A DNA stretch of 64,000 nucleotides from Candidatus Omnitrophota bacterium (GTDB taxonomy: Bacteria > Omnitrophota > Gorgyraeia > Gygaellales > Profunditerraquicolaceae), in contig JBAZKL010000002.1 of assembly GCA_041650835.1 (NCBI GenBank), positions 602,435-666,434 of the forward strand. Direction: 5' to 3'. The position numbers and the translations under genes were made by a program. Shown here piece after piece: positions 9,383-19,590 of this stretch. Numbering within the stretch: position 1 is the first letter of the stretch; each line of letters starts with the position of its first letter. The notes beneath the pieces were generated by a model that did no database searches, was not told where the DNA came from, and saw only the letters and a program-made list of their open reading frames with translations.

Positions 9383-9842
9383 TACTCTCTCCCTTTATTT
9401 GAACTCAAAAGACACCTGCGACTATTCGAGCCGCTCATTATACCTGGCGCCCCAGAGCCCCAGTCACCAGTAACCAGTAACCAGCTACGATAACTAGTGA
9501 TTTAATATACGGTGAACGGGTCCTGTCTTGGACTATTTTCTCGCGGGGACGTTTGCCCCGCCCCGGCGTGGCGGGGCTGCACTCAGGTCGGCTGCGTCGC
9601 TCTGCCCGACTTCGTTTATCGAGGGGCATCCATGCCCGCCCCGTTAGAAACCACGTTTTCTAACGGGGCCCGCTCCTTGCCTTTATGCCCCGCTCGTAAA
9701 CAGTCCAAGCCACCCGTTCATCCGATACTCTATAACTCCCCGTCTACCATGGACCGGGGACTATGGACCATCGGCTAACTGTTTACCCCGAGCTTGTCGA
9801 GGGGTGTCTTGTGTCATGCGACCTGTTTACTCCGGACACGCT
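9383..9842. other. GC-rich, hairpin-dense structured intergenic element (copy A of a two-member family). It is a candidate ncRNA or MITE-like element.
   Basis: It contains tandem CCAGT heptads at 9449-9487, a 12-bp perfect stem at 9631-9660, a GCCCCGCC/GGCGGGGC stem, a ctaccatggaccggggactatggacc block at 9744-9772, a ccccgagcttgtcgagggg hairpin at 9786-9804 and a terminal hairpin at 9811-9839. Its GC content is far above the flanking genes. Confidence 0.5.
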
Positions 9843-11336
9843 TTAACGCACCACCTGATACACATATGCCTTCGGGTTCTCCGGGCTGACAAAGACCCGC
9901 TTAAAGCTGTCCGGATAATCGAACACTAAAGGCAGCAGGTAATCAGAAGCGCTGTCACGGTAAATCTTATTCCGGTCAATAATAAAATAATCGACCTTAT
10001 TGCTCTTGATATATTCGTATTGCGCCCGGGTATCGGTTGAGAGCATGAACTTTATCCCCCGCAGCCCATCGGTATAAATATACAGCCAGTTCGGCCTGCG
10101 GGACATTACAACGCTGTTTGGGGTGCCATGCTCTTTTATCCAGTCAACAGATGAAATAAATGCTTTTTCAGCAGGCGTAAAAAAAGAAGCTTGAAGGCGC
10201 GAACTTTCCAGGATATTCCCGGATAAACCGGCCATCAACAAGAATGCGACCGCCCAAGCAGCCGGTTTTCCCCCGCGCGCTATCCCTTGAACACCACGAA
10301 GCAAATAATACAATAAAAACGGCAGGATCGGCACCAGGTAGCGCGCGCCGTGATGAGTCCAGGAAAGGTACAAAACAAAAAAATATACCAGGACATAAAC
10401 GTCCGTTGGAAGTATCCCTTGTTTTTTTAAATGCCGCCAAAAACCGGCGATCACGCATAAAGCGATCACGCAGCCTATAACGGCTTTGAAGATAAACTCC
10501 GGGGTCACCGGGTCGATCATGGCAAAAAAAGGATACAGGAACAGATCCGGTAATTCTATGCTTACGGTAGCAAGCAAATTATAGATCCAGCGGTCCAAAA
10601 AGCCTGTTATCCCGGAGGTAGATGAAACAAATTCCGCGGTATACGCTGAATGGCCAAATAAGATATTTCGAATGACCCAGGGGGCAAGCAGCATAATAAA
10701 AACTATCCCGAAAAGTAAGCTTCGTTTCACATCCCTCTTAAATCCGAAAAATACTATCGCCGCTATAAAAAGCGAAACCCCGATCATTCTCGTATAATAA
10801 GCGGTTCCCGCGCTCAAAACAAACAACAAAAAGTACTCATTCAGCAAAGATTTACTTTCCCGGTACCGGAATAAAGAATATACAGCCAGCAAGGAAAATA
10901 AGGTATAGGGAATCTCGGATAACACCTGCCGGGCATATAAAACCATTTGGGGCGACAACGCGGCTAAAACTACCACTGCCAAAGACAAGCGTTTCTCAAA
11001 GAAAAAAGGAGCCGTATGCAAAAGCAGCATGACCAGAATGATCGCGAAAAGCACAGTTATTACCTTCAAAATAAAATAATCATGAGGAAAGAAATAAACC
11101 CAGGGCGATAATAACGAAGAATAAAAGAATGGATAGTAATTGCCCTTAACATCCTGAAGCCCGGATGTATACACATAGCCCAACCCCTTTGCCAGGGATT
11201 TGGCAAAAATAATATAGATCGCGCTGTCCTCCTGAAGCGGCAAGAGATTGTTTATCCCAAAGCAATAAAATATAACCGCCGTCAAAAGCAGGGACCCGCA
11301 GATCACTGTTTTATACCGGCTCAGCCAAAACATCAT
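9843..11336 (-). CDS. Polytopic GT-C-fold membrane glycosyltransferase-like protein (ArnT/PMT_2-like)
   Basis: The 497-aa ORF has more than 10 predicted TM helices and a soluble C-terminal domain. The YYTRMIGVSLF region resembles the PMT_2 family. Confidence 0.55.
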   Translation of the reverse strand: MMFWLSRYKTVICGSLLLTAVIFYCFGINNLLPLQEDSAIYIIFAKSLAKGLGYVYTSGLQDVKGNYYPFFYSSLLSPWVYFFPHDYFILKVITVLFAIILVMLLLHTAPFFFEKRLSLAVVVLAALSPQMVLYARQVLSEIPYTLFSLLAVYSLFRYRESKSLLNEYFLLFVLSAGTAYYTRMIGVSLFIAAIVFFGFKRDVKRSLLFGIVFIMLLAPWVIRNILFGHSAYTAEFVSSTSGITGFLDRWIYNLLATVSIELPDLFLYPFFAMIDPVTPEFIFKAVIGCVIALCVIAGFWRHLKKQGILPTDVYVLVYFFVLYLSWTHHGARYLVPILPFLLYYLLRGVQGIARGGKPAAWAVAFLLMAGLSGNILESSRLQASFFTPAEKAFISSVDWIKEHGTPNSVVMSRRPNWLYIYTDGLRGIKFMLSTDTRAQYEYIKSNKVDYFIIDRNKIYRDSASDYLLPLVFDYPDSFKRVFVSPENPKAYVYQVVR

Positions 11337-12480
11337 CGATTATCCTTTGCAGTTGCCCTTGCATCCTTTCAAGAGTCAATTCTTTCGCCACCCGCTCTCT
11401 TGCTTTATTACCCATTATTTGCCTTGCCTTTTCATCTTGCAGCAGCCTGACGATACAGCCGGCAATGCCTTCGATATCAAGCGGATCAACCAGCAGGCCC
11501 GTTTGACCGTCAATGACCGCCTCGGGAACACCGCCGGTCCTACCTGCGATGGCCGCTTTAGCGGAAGCCGCGGCCTCTAAGAACACAATACCAAACCCCT
11601 CAATTTCGCCTCTCTGGGGGATTTCCCTGCTGGTGAGGACAAAAATATCGCAGGCCTCATAATACGCGGGCAGAAGCTCATCAGTAACGCCTTTCTCAAA
11701 AATAACCGTATTCTCTAATCCCAGCTCTTTAACCAAGGCCCTCAAAACCGGCTCCAACGGGCCCTCCCCCACTATCACGTATTTACATTCAGGGAAATAC
11801 GCGCGCACCCGGAACATCGCCCTGATCACAGACTCATGACCCTTACTTTCCACCAGGCGCGCGACAGTAAGGATGACTTCCTTATTCCCAAGCTTTTTCT
11901 TAAGAGAGGCGCCCTTTTGATCAAAGCGCGAAAGCTCGACTATCGGATAAATAACCGCGGCATTCTCTTGTTTAACAATATTCTCAATCAGTTTTTTTGT
12001 AAACCCGCTGTTAGCTATTACATACGCCGCGTTACCAAGCACCAGCCTCATTAAAGCCATTGTTTTACGGTTTTTCTGAGGCGAGCTGACATCAAAACCG
12101 TGGACAAACACAATATAACGCACGCCAAAAAGCTTTTTGAGTGCAAACGCTGCCACGCCGGCCACCGACCAGGTATTCACAAAAAGCAGGCCTGCCTTAC
12201 GGGCGAGGACAAATTTAAGGCCTTTAAAAAAGAAAGCCGCACAACTGCGCGCGTATGAACAAAAGATCTTCTCCGGTTCTAATCCCCGTATCCGTTCGAT
12301 CAGCATTCCGGAAGGCTGCGGTGACCCGGGCATGGCGCCGCAATCAGGAGCGACAACCGTAAGCGCGCGGCCTATCCCCGTAAGAGCTCGCGCCACATCA
12401 AGGCTATGGCGTGCCATGCCACCCGGCATCGGAGGAAAATCAATCGTTAAGAATAATATTTTTCCTATTTTTTTCTGCAT
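11311..12480 (-). CDS. GT4 glycosyltransferase
   Basis: EGFGIVFLEAAASAKAAIAGRTGGVPEAVIDGQTGLLV is the GT4 signature. The start was trimmed to M23 to avoid an 82-bp overlap with the upstream gene. Confidence 0.8.
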   Translation of the reverse strand: MQKKIGKILFLTIDFPPMPGGMARHSLDVARALTGIGRALTVVAPDCGAMPGSPQPSGMLIERIRGLEPEKIFCSYARSCAAFFFKGLKFVLARKAGLLFVNTWSVAGVAAFALKKLFGVRYIVFVHGFDVSSPQKNRKTMALMRLVLGNAAYVIANSGFTKKLIENIVKQENAAVIYPIVELSRFDQKGASLKKKLGNKEVILTVARLVESKGHESVIRAMFRVRAYFPECKYVIVGEGPLEPVLRALVKELGLENTVIFEKGVTDELLPAYYEACDIFVLTSREIPQRGEIEGFGIVFLEAAASAKAAIAGRTGGVPEAVIDGQTGLLVDPLDIEGIAGCIVRLLQDEKARQIMGNKARERVAKELTLERMQGQLQRIIDDVLAEPV

Positions 12481-13214
12481 ATAAGTAATTGTATCCCCCG
12501 GCCGCTTTGAGGACGGTAGATCCGGTCTATCCAATAGATAAACCACGCCAGGGAATCGATGAGTTTAGCGCATATTCTTGAAGTTATTTTCTTATCATTC
12601 ATACAAGGACTTCTTCCCATAAGATTAAAAACAGGAACAGCTTCCACGATATCAATTCCTTGCCGGCGCAAAGCTTCCCGGTACTCGGGTAATTGCCGGT
12701 AACAAACATGAGCATCGGTTATTGCTTTTTCGCCAAGCGCGTCGGTTATAAAGATCCAGGCTCCGGGACGAGCAAAGCGGCTTATATTTTCTATCGCCTT
12801 ACGGAACCCTTGCGGCTCAATGATATGGTATAAAACATCAAAGACATTGATAATATCAAACTTTTCTTCAAGGGGCGCAGTATCGCTGCCGGCATCAAAG
12901 CGGTAAAAATGCTGCGCGGGAAACAGCTTATTAAGAGAAGCAACACTCACTTCCGAAAAATCAATTCCGGTCACCTTACCTGCCTGTTTTTTAATATACT
13001 GCTTTACAAAAAAGCCGGTTCCCGCGCCGATATCCAAAACAGAGCTGCCTCTGACCTTGATCTTATGGCGCTTGAGCGCTTCTTCCAGTACGCGAACCTT
13101 TAATTTATACATAAACCGGTTATAATACCGGCTAAAACCGATGTGGCCGGAGGCCCCCAGAGAAAAATCACGCTTCAACCTCGTTTCCCAATATTCCCGC
13201 GGCTTATACGTCAT
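12465..13214 (-). CDS. Class I SAM-dependent methyltransferase
   Basis: Motif I is VLDIGAGTGFF. Confidence 0.8.
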   Translation of the reverse strand: MTYKPREYWETRLKRDFSLGASGHIGFSRYYNRFMYKLKVRVLEEALKRHKIKVRGSSVLDIGAGTGFFVKQYIKKQAGKVTGIDFSEVSVASLNKLFPAQHFYRFDAGSDTAPLEEKFDIINVFDVLYHIIEPQGFRKAIENISRFARPGAWIFITDALGEKAITDAHVCYRQLPEYREALRRQGIDIVEAVPVFNLMGRSPCMNDKKITSRICAKLIDSLAWFIYWIDRIYRPQSGRGIQLLICRKK

Positions 13215-13286
13215 CTGCGATAAGCTCCTTTATAATCAGCGATATCCCGGATAAACACCGCTTTCTTTAAACTCATCCCGGCCTTA

Positions 13287-14204
13287 TTATTCCACATTAT
13301 AAATAAAATTAGTATCGTAGAGATACCCCGGGCAATAGCGGTTTGCTTCTGCCGTCTTCCGGGCGACAATATAAAGCTGGTCTCCTTTTTTCTTTTGAAA
13401 AAAAGCGACCGGCAATTTAAACAGCAGCCCGAAGAAAATATATCCCAGGTCCTGCGCGAGATTGACCAAAGTGAAATGCTTTTTACTCATAAACTCCCTG
13501 GAATTATCGCGGCTGTAATTAGAGAACGTATGTATGACCTTCAAATTATTGCCCTCGAGTATATCGCAGGCCTCATTGAGCGCCCAAAGACGGTTATGCC
13601 GGCCATACACCCCGTACTTCGAATACGGCTCCCAAGAGCCGTAAAAAAAGAGTTTATATAAATACTTCCAGAAAAGCCCGTTCGGGGTCGTCAAGATAAG
13701 GACCCCGTTATCTTTAAGGACACGGTTGATCTCACAGATCATGTGCGCGGGGGAATGGATAAGATGTTCCAGGACCTCAGAGCATAAAACCATATCAAAG
13801 GTTTTGTCCGCAAAAGGGAAACGGTCTTTTTCCGCGTTGAGCTGCCAGTAGGGGAATTGATACACCTTCCCTATCGCTCTAATAAAGGCGTTTTCCTGTT
13901 TTATATCGTAGCTGCCGCCCGGCCAGACCCCTTTCGGGGCTGAAATTCCCGTCAGCGTATCATCGCTGAATTCCAACAAGGCGGTCGTTAAAAAGTACGG
14001 GAAACAGCCGATCTCCAGGACCGATCCTTTTTCTTGCCGGTAAAACTTTTTGATCAAACCAAGGGTGTGGGAGATCCGGTTAAAAGAGACGCGCAAATAC
14101 TCGTTTAATTCATGAGAAAGCTCTCCCTGAACGGTCTTTAAAGACTCAATACGGCTCTTTAAAAGCGCTTCCAGCGATTCATCAGTGAACGCCCGCAGTG
14201 CCAT
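13287..14204 (-). CDS. Class I SAM-dependent methyltransferase
   Basis: VLEIGCFPYF and DMVLCSEVLEHL match motifs I and II. Confidence 0.7.
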   Translation of the reverse strand: MALRAFTDESLEALLKSRIESLKTVQGELSHELNEYLRVSFNRISHTLGLIKKFYRQEKGSVLEIGCFPYFLTTALLEFSDDTLTGISAPKGVWPGGSYDIKQENAFIRAIGKVYQFPYWQLNAEKDRFPFADKTFDMVLCSEVLEHLIHSPAHMICEINRVLKDNGVLILTTPNGLFWKYLYKLFFYGSWEPYSKYGVYGRHNRLWALNEACDILEGNNLKVIHTFSNYSRDNSREFMSKKHFTLVNLAQDLGYIFFGLLFKLPVAFFQKKKGDQLYIVARKTAEANRYCPGYLYDTNFIYNVE

Positions 14205-15690
14205 AATCCCTTCCTTGTAACGCGTCTAAGTTCTTTGCCCGGGAAAAAAGCCTGAATAAACAAACAAAAACTAAGGGCAAGAAAATAAACGGTAAAAACC
14301 GCAAGAACGGCTTATGAAAACGCCGCGCCGCGTAATAATACCAGAGGTTAAACTCTTTATAGTATTGCGCCGAAGACGTATCAAAAACACGCTCTCCGGC
14401 AATGCCGAATTCAGATGAGCGGTAAAGATTATCTCCCGCGAATAACTTATGCTTCAAAAGCAGGGCGGCGCCGGCAATGTCTGAAGGCATCTTCAAGGAT
14501 GCTTCTTGGCTACCGGAAGCTGCCAAGGTATAGCGGATATGATGGTATTCCTGGTCGCTCTGTAAAACACCGATGATTTGTATGAACGAAGAAACCAGGA
14601 TCAAGACCGCCATGATCGCGCTGATGAATTTCCCTTTATCAAATACCAGGTACGCCGGTAACAACCACAAAGGAATAAAGGGCACCAGGAAACGCGGCCC
14701 CCACGCCCACCCCCCGCCGGCAGAATGCCACGACGCGAACAGGAACACTGCGGCGGTAATGATTGAAATAAAGAACACCGCCTCCCGCCTGGATATTTTC
14801 ATAAACGAGTGAAATCCGAAAGTGCCGGCAAGTAAAACAGGCGAATAGATAAAAATACCTTTATCAAAAGAAAACAATAAATTGCCTATTCTTCCCGGTA
14901 TATTCGCGCAGGAAAACCCGAAAGCTTCCCTCCCATACCCGGTCTCGAATATATTCCCGAACCGCGCCTGATTCATCAGGCCAAGCAAAAGGACAGCCGC
15001 AACCGGCGCCGTTAACAAATAAGCGAACGTTTTCCGGCGTTTTTCTTTTTCGCGAAAGTTACGGCTTAAACAATAGCCGACAAATAACGGAATAAAGACC
15101 AGATAAACGATCTTTAACAAAACAAGCGCGGACAACGCCCCTGATGCCGTAAGGAGAGACTTCCCGGTATTGCGTAAAACCCCATAAACCGCCAATAGCA
15201 GAAAGAACATCTGCGTTGCTTCTGTTAACTCCCAAACGCTGTACCTCCAGCACAGAGTCGCCAGGCCTAAACATAATACAACGGACAACGCCGGCTCATT
15301 CCCGGATTTAAAGAACCCGAGGATCAGGAACAATAAAACGCACGCTCCCGCCCCGAAGCCGATATTATAAAAAGAAGCCAGAAAATCCATTATTGAAACA
15401 TCCCTGACCGCGGTGAAAAAAGAAAGCAGCTTCGCAACAGCGGCGATAGGCACCCACAAGAGCGCCAGGCCGATGCCGTATTTGGAATATTTTCTCCCGG
15501 CAGCCGTCTCGAATACATAATCTTTTTCATGCTCCCCCGCCTCGATCGCGAAAGTCCCCCGGCTCAAAAGAGCATCCGCGGTCTTAAGCGAAAAAACGCT
15601 GTCGGATGACTGCATATAGCCCTTGGCGGAAATAAAATAAAACATCCCAAAGAACAAGAATATCATCATTGCTATTCTTTTATCACCCAT
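14182..15690 (-). CDS. Polytopic membrane protein, GT-C-like (possible glycosyltransferase or polymerase)
   Basis: The 502-aa ORF has many TM helices and no soluble enzymatic motif. Confidence 0.45.
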   Translation of the reverse strand: MGDKRIAMMIFLFFGMFYFISAKGYMQSSDSVFSLKTADALLSRGTFAIEAGEHEKDYVFETAAGRKYSKYGIGLALLWVPIAAVAKLLSFFTAVRDVSIMDFLASFYNIGFGAGACVLLFLILGFFKSGNEPALSVVLCLGLATLCWRYSVWELTEATQMFFLLLAVYGVLRNTGKSLLTASGALSALVLLKIVYLVFIPLFVGYCLSRNFREKEKRRKTFAYLLTAPVAAVLLLGLMNQARFGNIFETGYGREAFGFSCANIPGRIGNLLFSFDKGIFIYSPVLLAGTFGFHSFMKISRREAVFFISIITAAVFLFASWHSAGGGWAWGPRFLVPFIPLWLLPAYLVFDKGKFISAIMAVLILVSSFIQIIGVLQSDQEYHHIRYTLAASGSQEASLKMPSDIAGAALLLKHKLFAGDNLYRSSEFGIAGERVFDTSSAQYYKEFNLWYYYAARRFHKPFLRFLPFIFLPLVFVCLFRLFSRAKNLDALQGRDYGTAGVH

Positions 15691-15695
15691 AGCCC

Positions 15696-16844
15696 TTAAT
15701 GGTTACCCGATAAAACACCTTGATAAACCTGCAATGTCTTTTCCGCGATACGGAAATAACTAAAACGGGCGCTGTATTCTTCGGTTAACTTTACAAGCTC
15801 GTTCATCCGCGGGAGGTCCCGCAATAACCCCGTTATTTTTTCCCGCGCGTGCGCTGCGTCATCATGGCGAAACAACTCTAAACAGGGGACACGCTCATTG
15901 ATCTCGCGATGCGCCTCGATGTCAGACGCCACGATCGGCTTATGATACCCGATGCATAGGCTCAGCGCGCCGGAGGCGCCGGTTGAAGAAAACGGCGCCA
16001 GGCAAATATCGGTCGAGGCGACAATATCGGGGATATCATGCTCCTGAATATATCCGGAAATCCTCACCCGCTGCTGCAGCTTTTTTTGCGCTATTATTTT
16101 CAAAAGACCATGATAATATTCTTGATCAATGCTGTTATCGGTCATACAGCCTCCGGCAATAAACAAAATAACCTCCGGAGGCAATTGCGGTAAAATATCC
16201 AAAATAAGCTCATAACCTTTTTTCCTGTTAATAAACCCGAAAATTGTAATGACGGCCTTATCTTCCAACCCCAGCCTCCTTTTGGCTTGCGCTTTTTCCG
16301 TCGGGCCTAAAGCCCGTGATAACTCCGGTATCCCGTGAGGAATAAGCACTACCCTTTCACGGTTATCAACAAAACGATTCACCGTTACTTGCTGGCAGAG
16401 GGTATGCACGATAATCTTATCGACCCGGGTATACATCGCCTTATGGTACCAGCCTGCCCAGGCATTCCAAAATAAAAGCGTATGATTAAAAACAAACTTT
16501 TTAAGATCTTCGTTAAATCCGCCCTGTACCGGCTTATATGTCGGCCTTACTTCATGCGCGGTCATAATAACGGGGACATTGACGTTTTTCAAGAAATAAA
16601 GGAACCGGTTACGATAAGGCAATTCACCGTTAAAATAAACATAGTTAAACTGCACATGGCAAATATCCGCGCCGGTAATACTCCTGGCTAATGAAGCGTA
16701 ATACGCTTTATCATTGATATAAAACCCGAGCTTGGCGATCTTGATATGAACGCCGCATCGTTTTAAGCCGGTAACCAGATACTGTGAATAATCCGCGATA
16801 CCGTCACGCGAAGTATCCCAGCCGGTACAAAAGGCAACTTTCAT
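15696..16844 (-). CDS. GT4 glycosyltransferase
   Basis: The C-terminal GT1/GT4 fold includes ...APFSSTGASGALSLCIGYHKPIVASD. The start was trimmed to M24. Confidence 0.7.
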   Translation of the reverse strand: MKVAFCTGWDTSRDGIADYSQYLVTGLKRCGVHIKIAKLGFYINDKAYYASLARSITGADICHVQFNYVYFNGELPYRNRFLYFLKNVNVPVIMTAHEVRPTYKPVQGGFNEDLKKFVFNHTLLFWNAWAGWYHKAMYTRVDKIIVHTLCQQVTVNRFVDNRERVVLIPHGIPELSRALGPTEKAQAKRRLGLEDKAVITIFGFINRKKGYELILDILPQLPPEVILFIAGGCMTDNSIDQEYYHGLLKIIAQKKLQQRVRISGYIQEHDIPDIVASTDICLAPFSSTGASGALSLCIGYHKPIVASDIEAHREINERVPCLELFRHDDAAHAREKITGLLRDLPRMNELVKLTEEYSARFSYFRIAEKTLQVYQGVLSGNH

Positions 16845-16845
16845 C

Positions 16846-17418
16846 TTACTTTTTAACCTCCAATTCCAGGTAAATCCCTTCAGCCCTGAATATATAACAG
16901 AAAACTTCTTCATATAACGCGATATGCCTGTTAAAAAAAGCCTCCAGGAGCTTAAAAAAACGGTGCAGCATGAGCTGCCGCCTCCTCAAGTGAAAACGGC
17001 AAGACGCATAAAAACCGTATTCTTTCGATAGAGGCTCGCCTTCGATAAAGTAATCGAAAGAACGGGCGCTGAAATGATGGATATGCGTCGGGTCTATAAA
17101 AGAGCCGTCATCACTGAAATGAGGCGTTACGATATAGACTACGGCTGCGGGTTTTGAGACCCGATAGATCTCTTTCATAACACCGACCGTATCAGGTAAA
17201 TGTTCAAGGGCATTGATGCAAACCACGGTATCAAACTCATTATCAGCGAACGGCCAGGGGAACACATTGAGGTCGGCAAACACATCAGCGTGAGAATCGC
17301 GGTTATTATCTATACCGATCGACCCGGGATATTTATTCTTTCCGCAACAAACATGAAGCGCTTTGCCGGCGCGTGCGCGCTCTTGTATCTTAAGGATGTT
17401 GTCCGTCCAATGCTTCAT
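16846..17418 (-). CDS. Class I SAM-dependent methyltransferase (Methyltransf_11)
   Basis: LHVCCGKNKYPGSIGID and DTVVCINALEHL match the family motifs. Confidence 0.8.
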   Translation of the reverse strand: MKHWTDNILKIQERARAGKALHVCCGKNKYPGSIGIDNNRDSHADVFADLNVFPWPFADNEFDTVVCINALEHLPDTVGVMKEIYRVSKPAAVVYIVTPHFSDDGSFIDPTHIHHFSARSFDYFIEGEPLSKEYGFYASCRFHLRRRQLMLHRFFKLLEAFFNRHIALYEEVFCYIFRAEGIYLELEVKK

Positions 17419-18581
17419 AGATCACCCGCCATTTCCTTTGAACAAGCTTCCTGATAAACCGCCAGGGTCTTCTCCGCGGTTTTTTTCCACGAGAAGCTTC
17501 TTGTTATATTTGAACAATCTTGCCGGGTGCGCGCAGCCAGGTCTTTATCCGTAAGCAGCACCCGGATTGAACGGGCGATCTCCTCACTCTGGAACGGGTC
17601 AAAGCTCACTACGCGCTCTCCAACCACTTCTAAAGCCCCTGTATTACGGGAACAGGCTACGGGAATGCCGCAAGCCAAAGCCTCTAAAACCGGCAAACCA
17701 AACCATTCATAGAGGGTAGGTAAAACAAAGGCTGCTGCCCCGTTATAAAGAGCAGGAAGGTATTGATGGCTAACATAATCGGTAAAGATAACCCTTTCGG
17801 AGATCCCTGCCTTTCGGGCTTCTCCTATTAACGCCTGATAATTGGCATCGAGCCTGCCTGCCAGCACTAAATAATGCTCACCCAGGCTTTTATCCTGCAA
17901 CACTATTTTGTAAGCATCTAAAAGCCGGGAGAGATTTTTATTTGCCTCCGCCGAACCGGTATACAACAGGAATCGTTTTCCTGAAAGTCCCAGGTCAGAC
18001 AATACCGGCTCGAGCTCTTTTTCATCGGAGATACGCATGAATTTGTCATCGACGCCCGGATGCACGACCGAAACGCGATTGTACGGCAGGGAAATACGCC
18101 CTAAAAGGTCCTTCCTGGCTAATTCCGAGACCGCGATTATCTTATGCGCAACGCGCCCTACCAGCTTGAGCCACCGGCGTATCTTATCAGCGTTATATTC
18201 TACCCACAGCGTCTGCGGCTGGGCCATACCGTGGAAGGTAACAACCATTTTCCCGCGGGCAGGGACCGGCGAATAATGGGTAAGATTATAATTTATCGTA
18301 TTATGGAACAGGTCCAGGTCACCCAAGAAATATTCAACAGGCGGAAACGACAACTTCTCCCATGAGCGGGCAAGGCAACTCCCCGGAAAACGGCACCACA
18401 CCTGTTTTAACCGCGGGTTATTCTCGGGAAAAGCAAATTGCCCTTTTTTAAACCCATTATAAAAAAGCGCATATTCATGCTCTGTGCCTGCCTCCAATAA
18501 ATTCTTGATCAAATAATACGCGTATTGCCCCTGTCCCCGCAACTCATTCTGCAATACCCGAGCATCAATACCTATCCGCAT
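17415..18581 (-). CDS. GT4 glycosyltransferase
   Basis: FVLPTLYEWFGLPVLEALACGIPVACS is the GT4 signature. Confidence 0.85.
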   Translation of the reverse strand: MRIGIDARVLQNELRGQGQYAYYLIKNLLEAGTEHEYALFYNGFKKGQFAFPENNPRLKQVWCRFPGSCLARSWEKLSFPPVEYFLGDLDLFHNTINYNLTHYSPVPARGKMVVTFHGMAQPQTLWVEYNADKIRRWLKLVGRVAHKIIAVSELARKDLLGRISLPYNRVSVVHPGVDDKFMRISDEKELEPVLSDLGLSGKRFLLYTGSAEANKNLSRLLDAYKIVLQDKSLGEHYLVLAGRLDANYQALIGEARKAGISERVIFTDYVSHQYLPALYNGAAAFVLPTLYEWFGLPVLEALACGIPVACSRNTGALEVVGERVVSFDPFQSEEIARSIRVLLTDKDLAARTRQDCSNITRSFSWKKTAEKTLAVYQEACSKEMAGDL

Positions 18582-18583
18582 AA

Positions 18584-19588
18584 TTATTTCCCGCTGCTGT
18601 TAGAAAATAAAGCTTTGATTGCCAAGCCCCAAAGACGCACCTTGCGTAATACGCTCCATCCGCCTTTGTACTTCCGGGGAAAAGCCCGCCTATCCTGCTT
18701 CCAGGCGCCGCTGAGCGCCGAGCAGACCCCATCCATGACCGCGTCCGCTAAATCCTGTTTTCCGCCGGCTGCTAATTGCCGGGATTTATTTACCGAATCA
18801 GAAACATACGTAACGCTGAATTGGAGCTTTCTCAACAACGGCGCGTGCTTCTTAATAAGAAGAAACCGGTTGCGAAAGAGATAAAAATAAACCGATGCCG
18901 AATAGACTCCGCCGGTAGCCCGCGACCCCTTATGATACACCAGGACTTTCGGATATAAAAAAGACTTTATCCCCAGTTTAGCGCCGCGCACCCCCCACTC
19001 CACATCTTCGTAATACGCGAAGAAGTCTTCATCCAGCAACCCGACCCGTTCAATGACTTCACGTTTAAAAAAAACGGCGCACCAGGAAGCAAAATCAATT
19101 TCCAAAAGGCCTTTCTGCGCCGCGATATATTCCCATTCATACTGCCTGCATTGATCGCCGTTGCCCCAATCTATCCTGGACCCGGAAAACTGCATCCTTT
19201 GACGATCATCATAAAATGCGATAAGCGGAGAAACAACCGATAACCGGCTTTGCTGTCTCAGGGAGCCCATTAAATCATGAATGATCCCCGGCTCAACAAC
19301 CGTATCGTTATTAAGAATGAACAAATAATCTGCGCCATGGCGCAAAGCGTATCGGATGCCGATATTGTTAGCCAGGCAAAAGCCTTTATTTTCCTTATTC
19401 TCGATTATCACGGTATCTTTAAAGCGGGCGCGGACATCCTCAAGAGAACCGTCGGTCGACCCATTATCGACCAGGATGACTTCGTAATTCCGGTAATCGA
19501 TGCGCGAAACCGATTCCAGGCACTCTAAGGTATCGTTCTTACCGTTCCAATTTATAATAATTATGCTGACTTTTTGCTCAGTGCTCAT
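18584..19588 (-). CDS. GT2 glycosyltransferase
   Basis: VSIIIINWNGKNDTLECL...VILVDNGSTDGS is the GT2 signature. Confidence 0.85.
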   Translation of the reverse strand: MSTEQKVSIIIINWNGKNDTLECLESVSRIDYRNYEVILVDNGSTDGSLEDVRARFKDTVIIENKENKGFCLANNIGIRYALRHGADYLFILNNDTVVEPGIIHDLMGSLRQQSRLSVVSPLIAFYDDRQRMQFSGSRIDWGNGDQCRQYEWEYIAAQKGLLEIDFASWCAVFFKREVIERVGLLDEDFFAYYEDVEWGVRGAKLGIKSFLYPKVLVYHKGSRATGGVYSASVYFYLFRNRFLLIKKHAPLLRKLQFSVTYVSDSVNKSRQLAAGGKQDLADAVMDGVCSALSGAWKQDRRAFPRKYKGGWSVLRKVRLWGLAIKALFSNSSGK

Positions 19589-19590
19589 AT

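Noticed and set aside
9438-9778. Small ORFs inside the structured spacer (63 aa on the minus strand, 88 aa on the plus strand).
   Set aside because: They are Arg/Pro/Gly-rich and low-complexity. They overlap each other on opposite strands and coincide with GC hairpins, so they are almost certainly non-coding artefacts.
9383-9842. I tested whether the GC-rich structured spacer is RNase P RNA, tmRNA, SRP RNA, 6S RNA or a group II intron domain V.
   Set aside because: I found no P4 helix or GGGUGAAA-type RNase P conserved blocks. There is no tmRNA 3' T-arm or CCA-adjacent GGUUCGA. The SRP domain IV motif AGGUCCGGAAGGAAGCAGC is absent. Resemblance to the domain V consensus is weak. It may still be a novel RNA, but it does not match any of these known families by eye.
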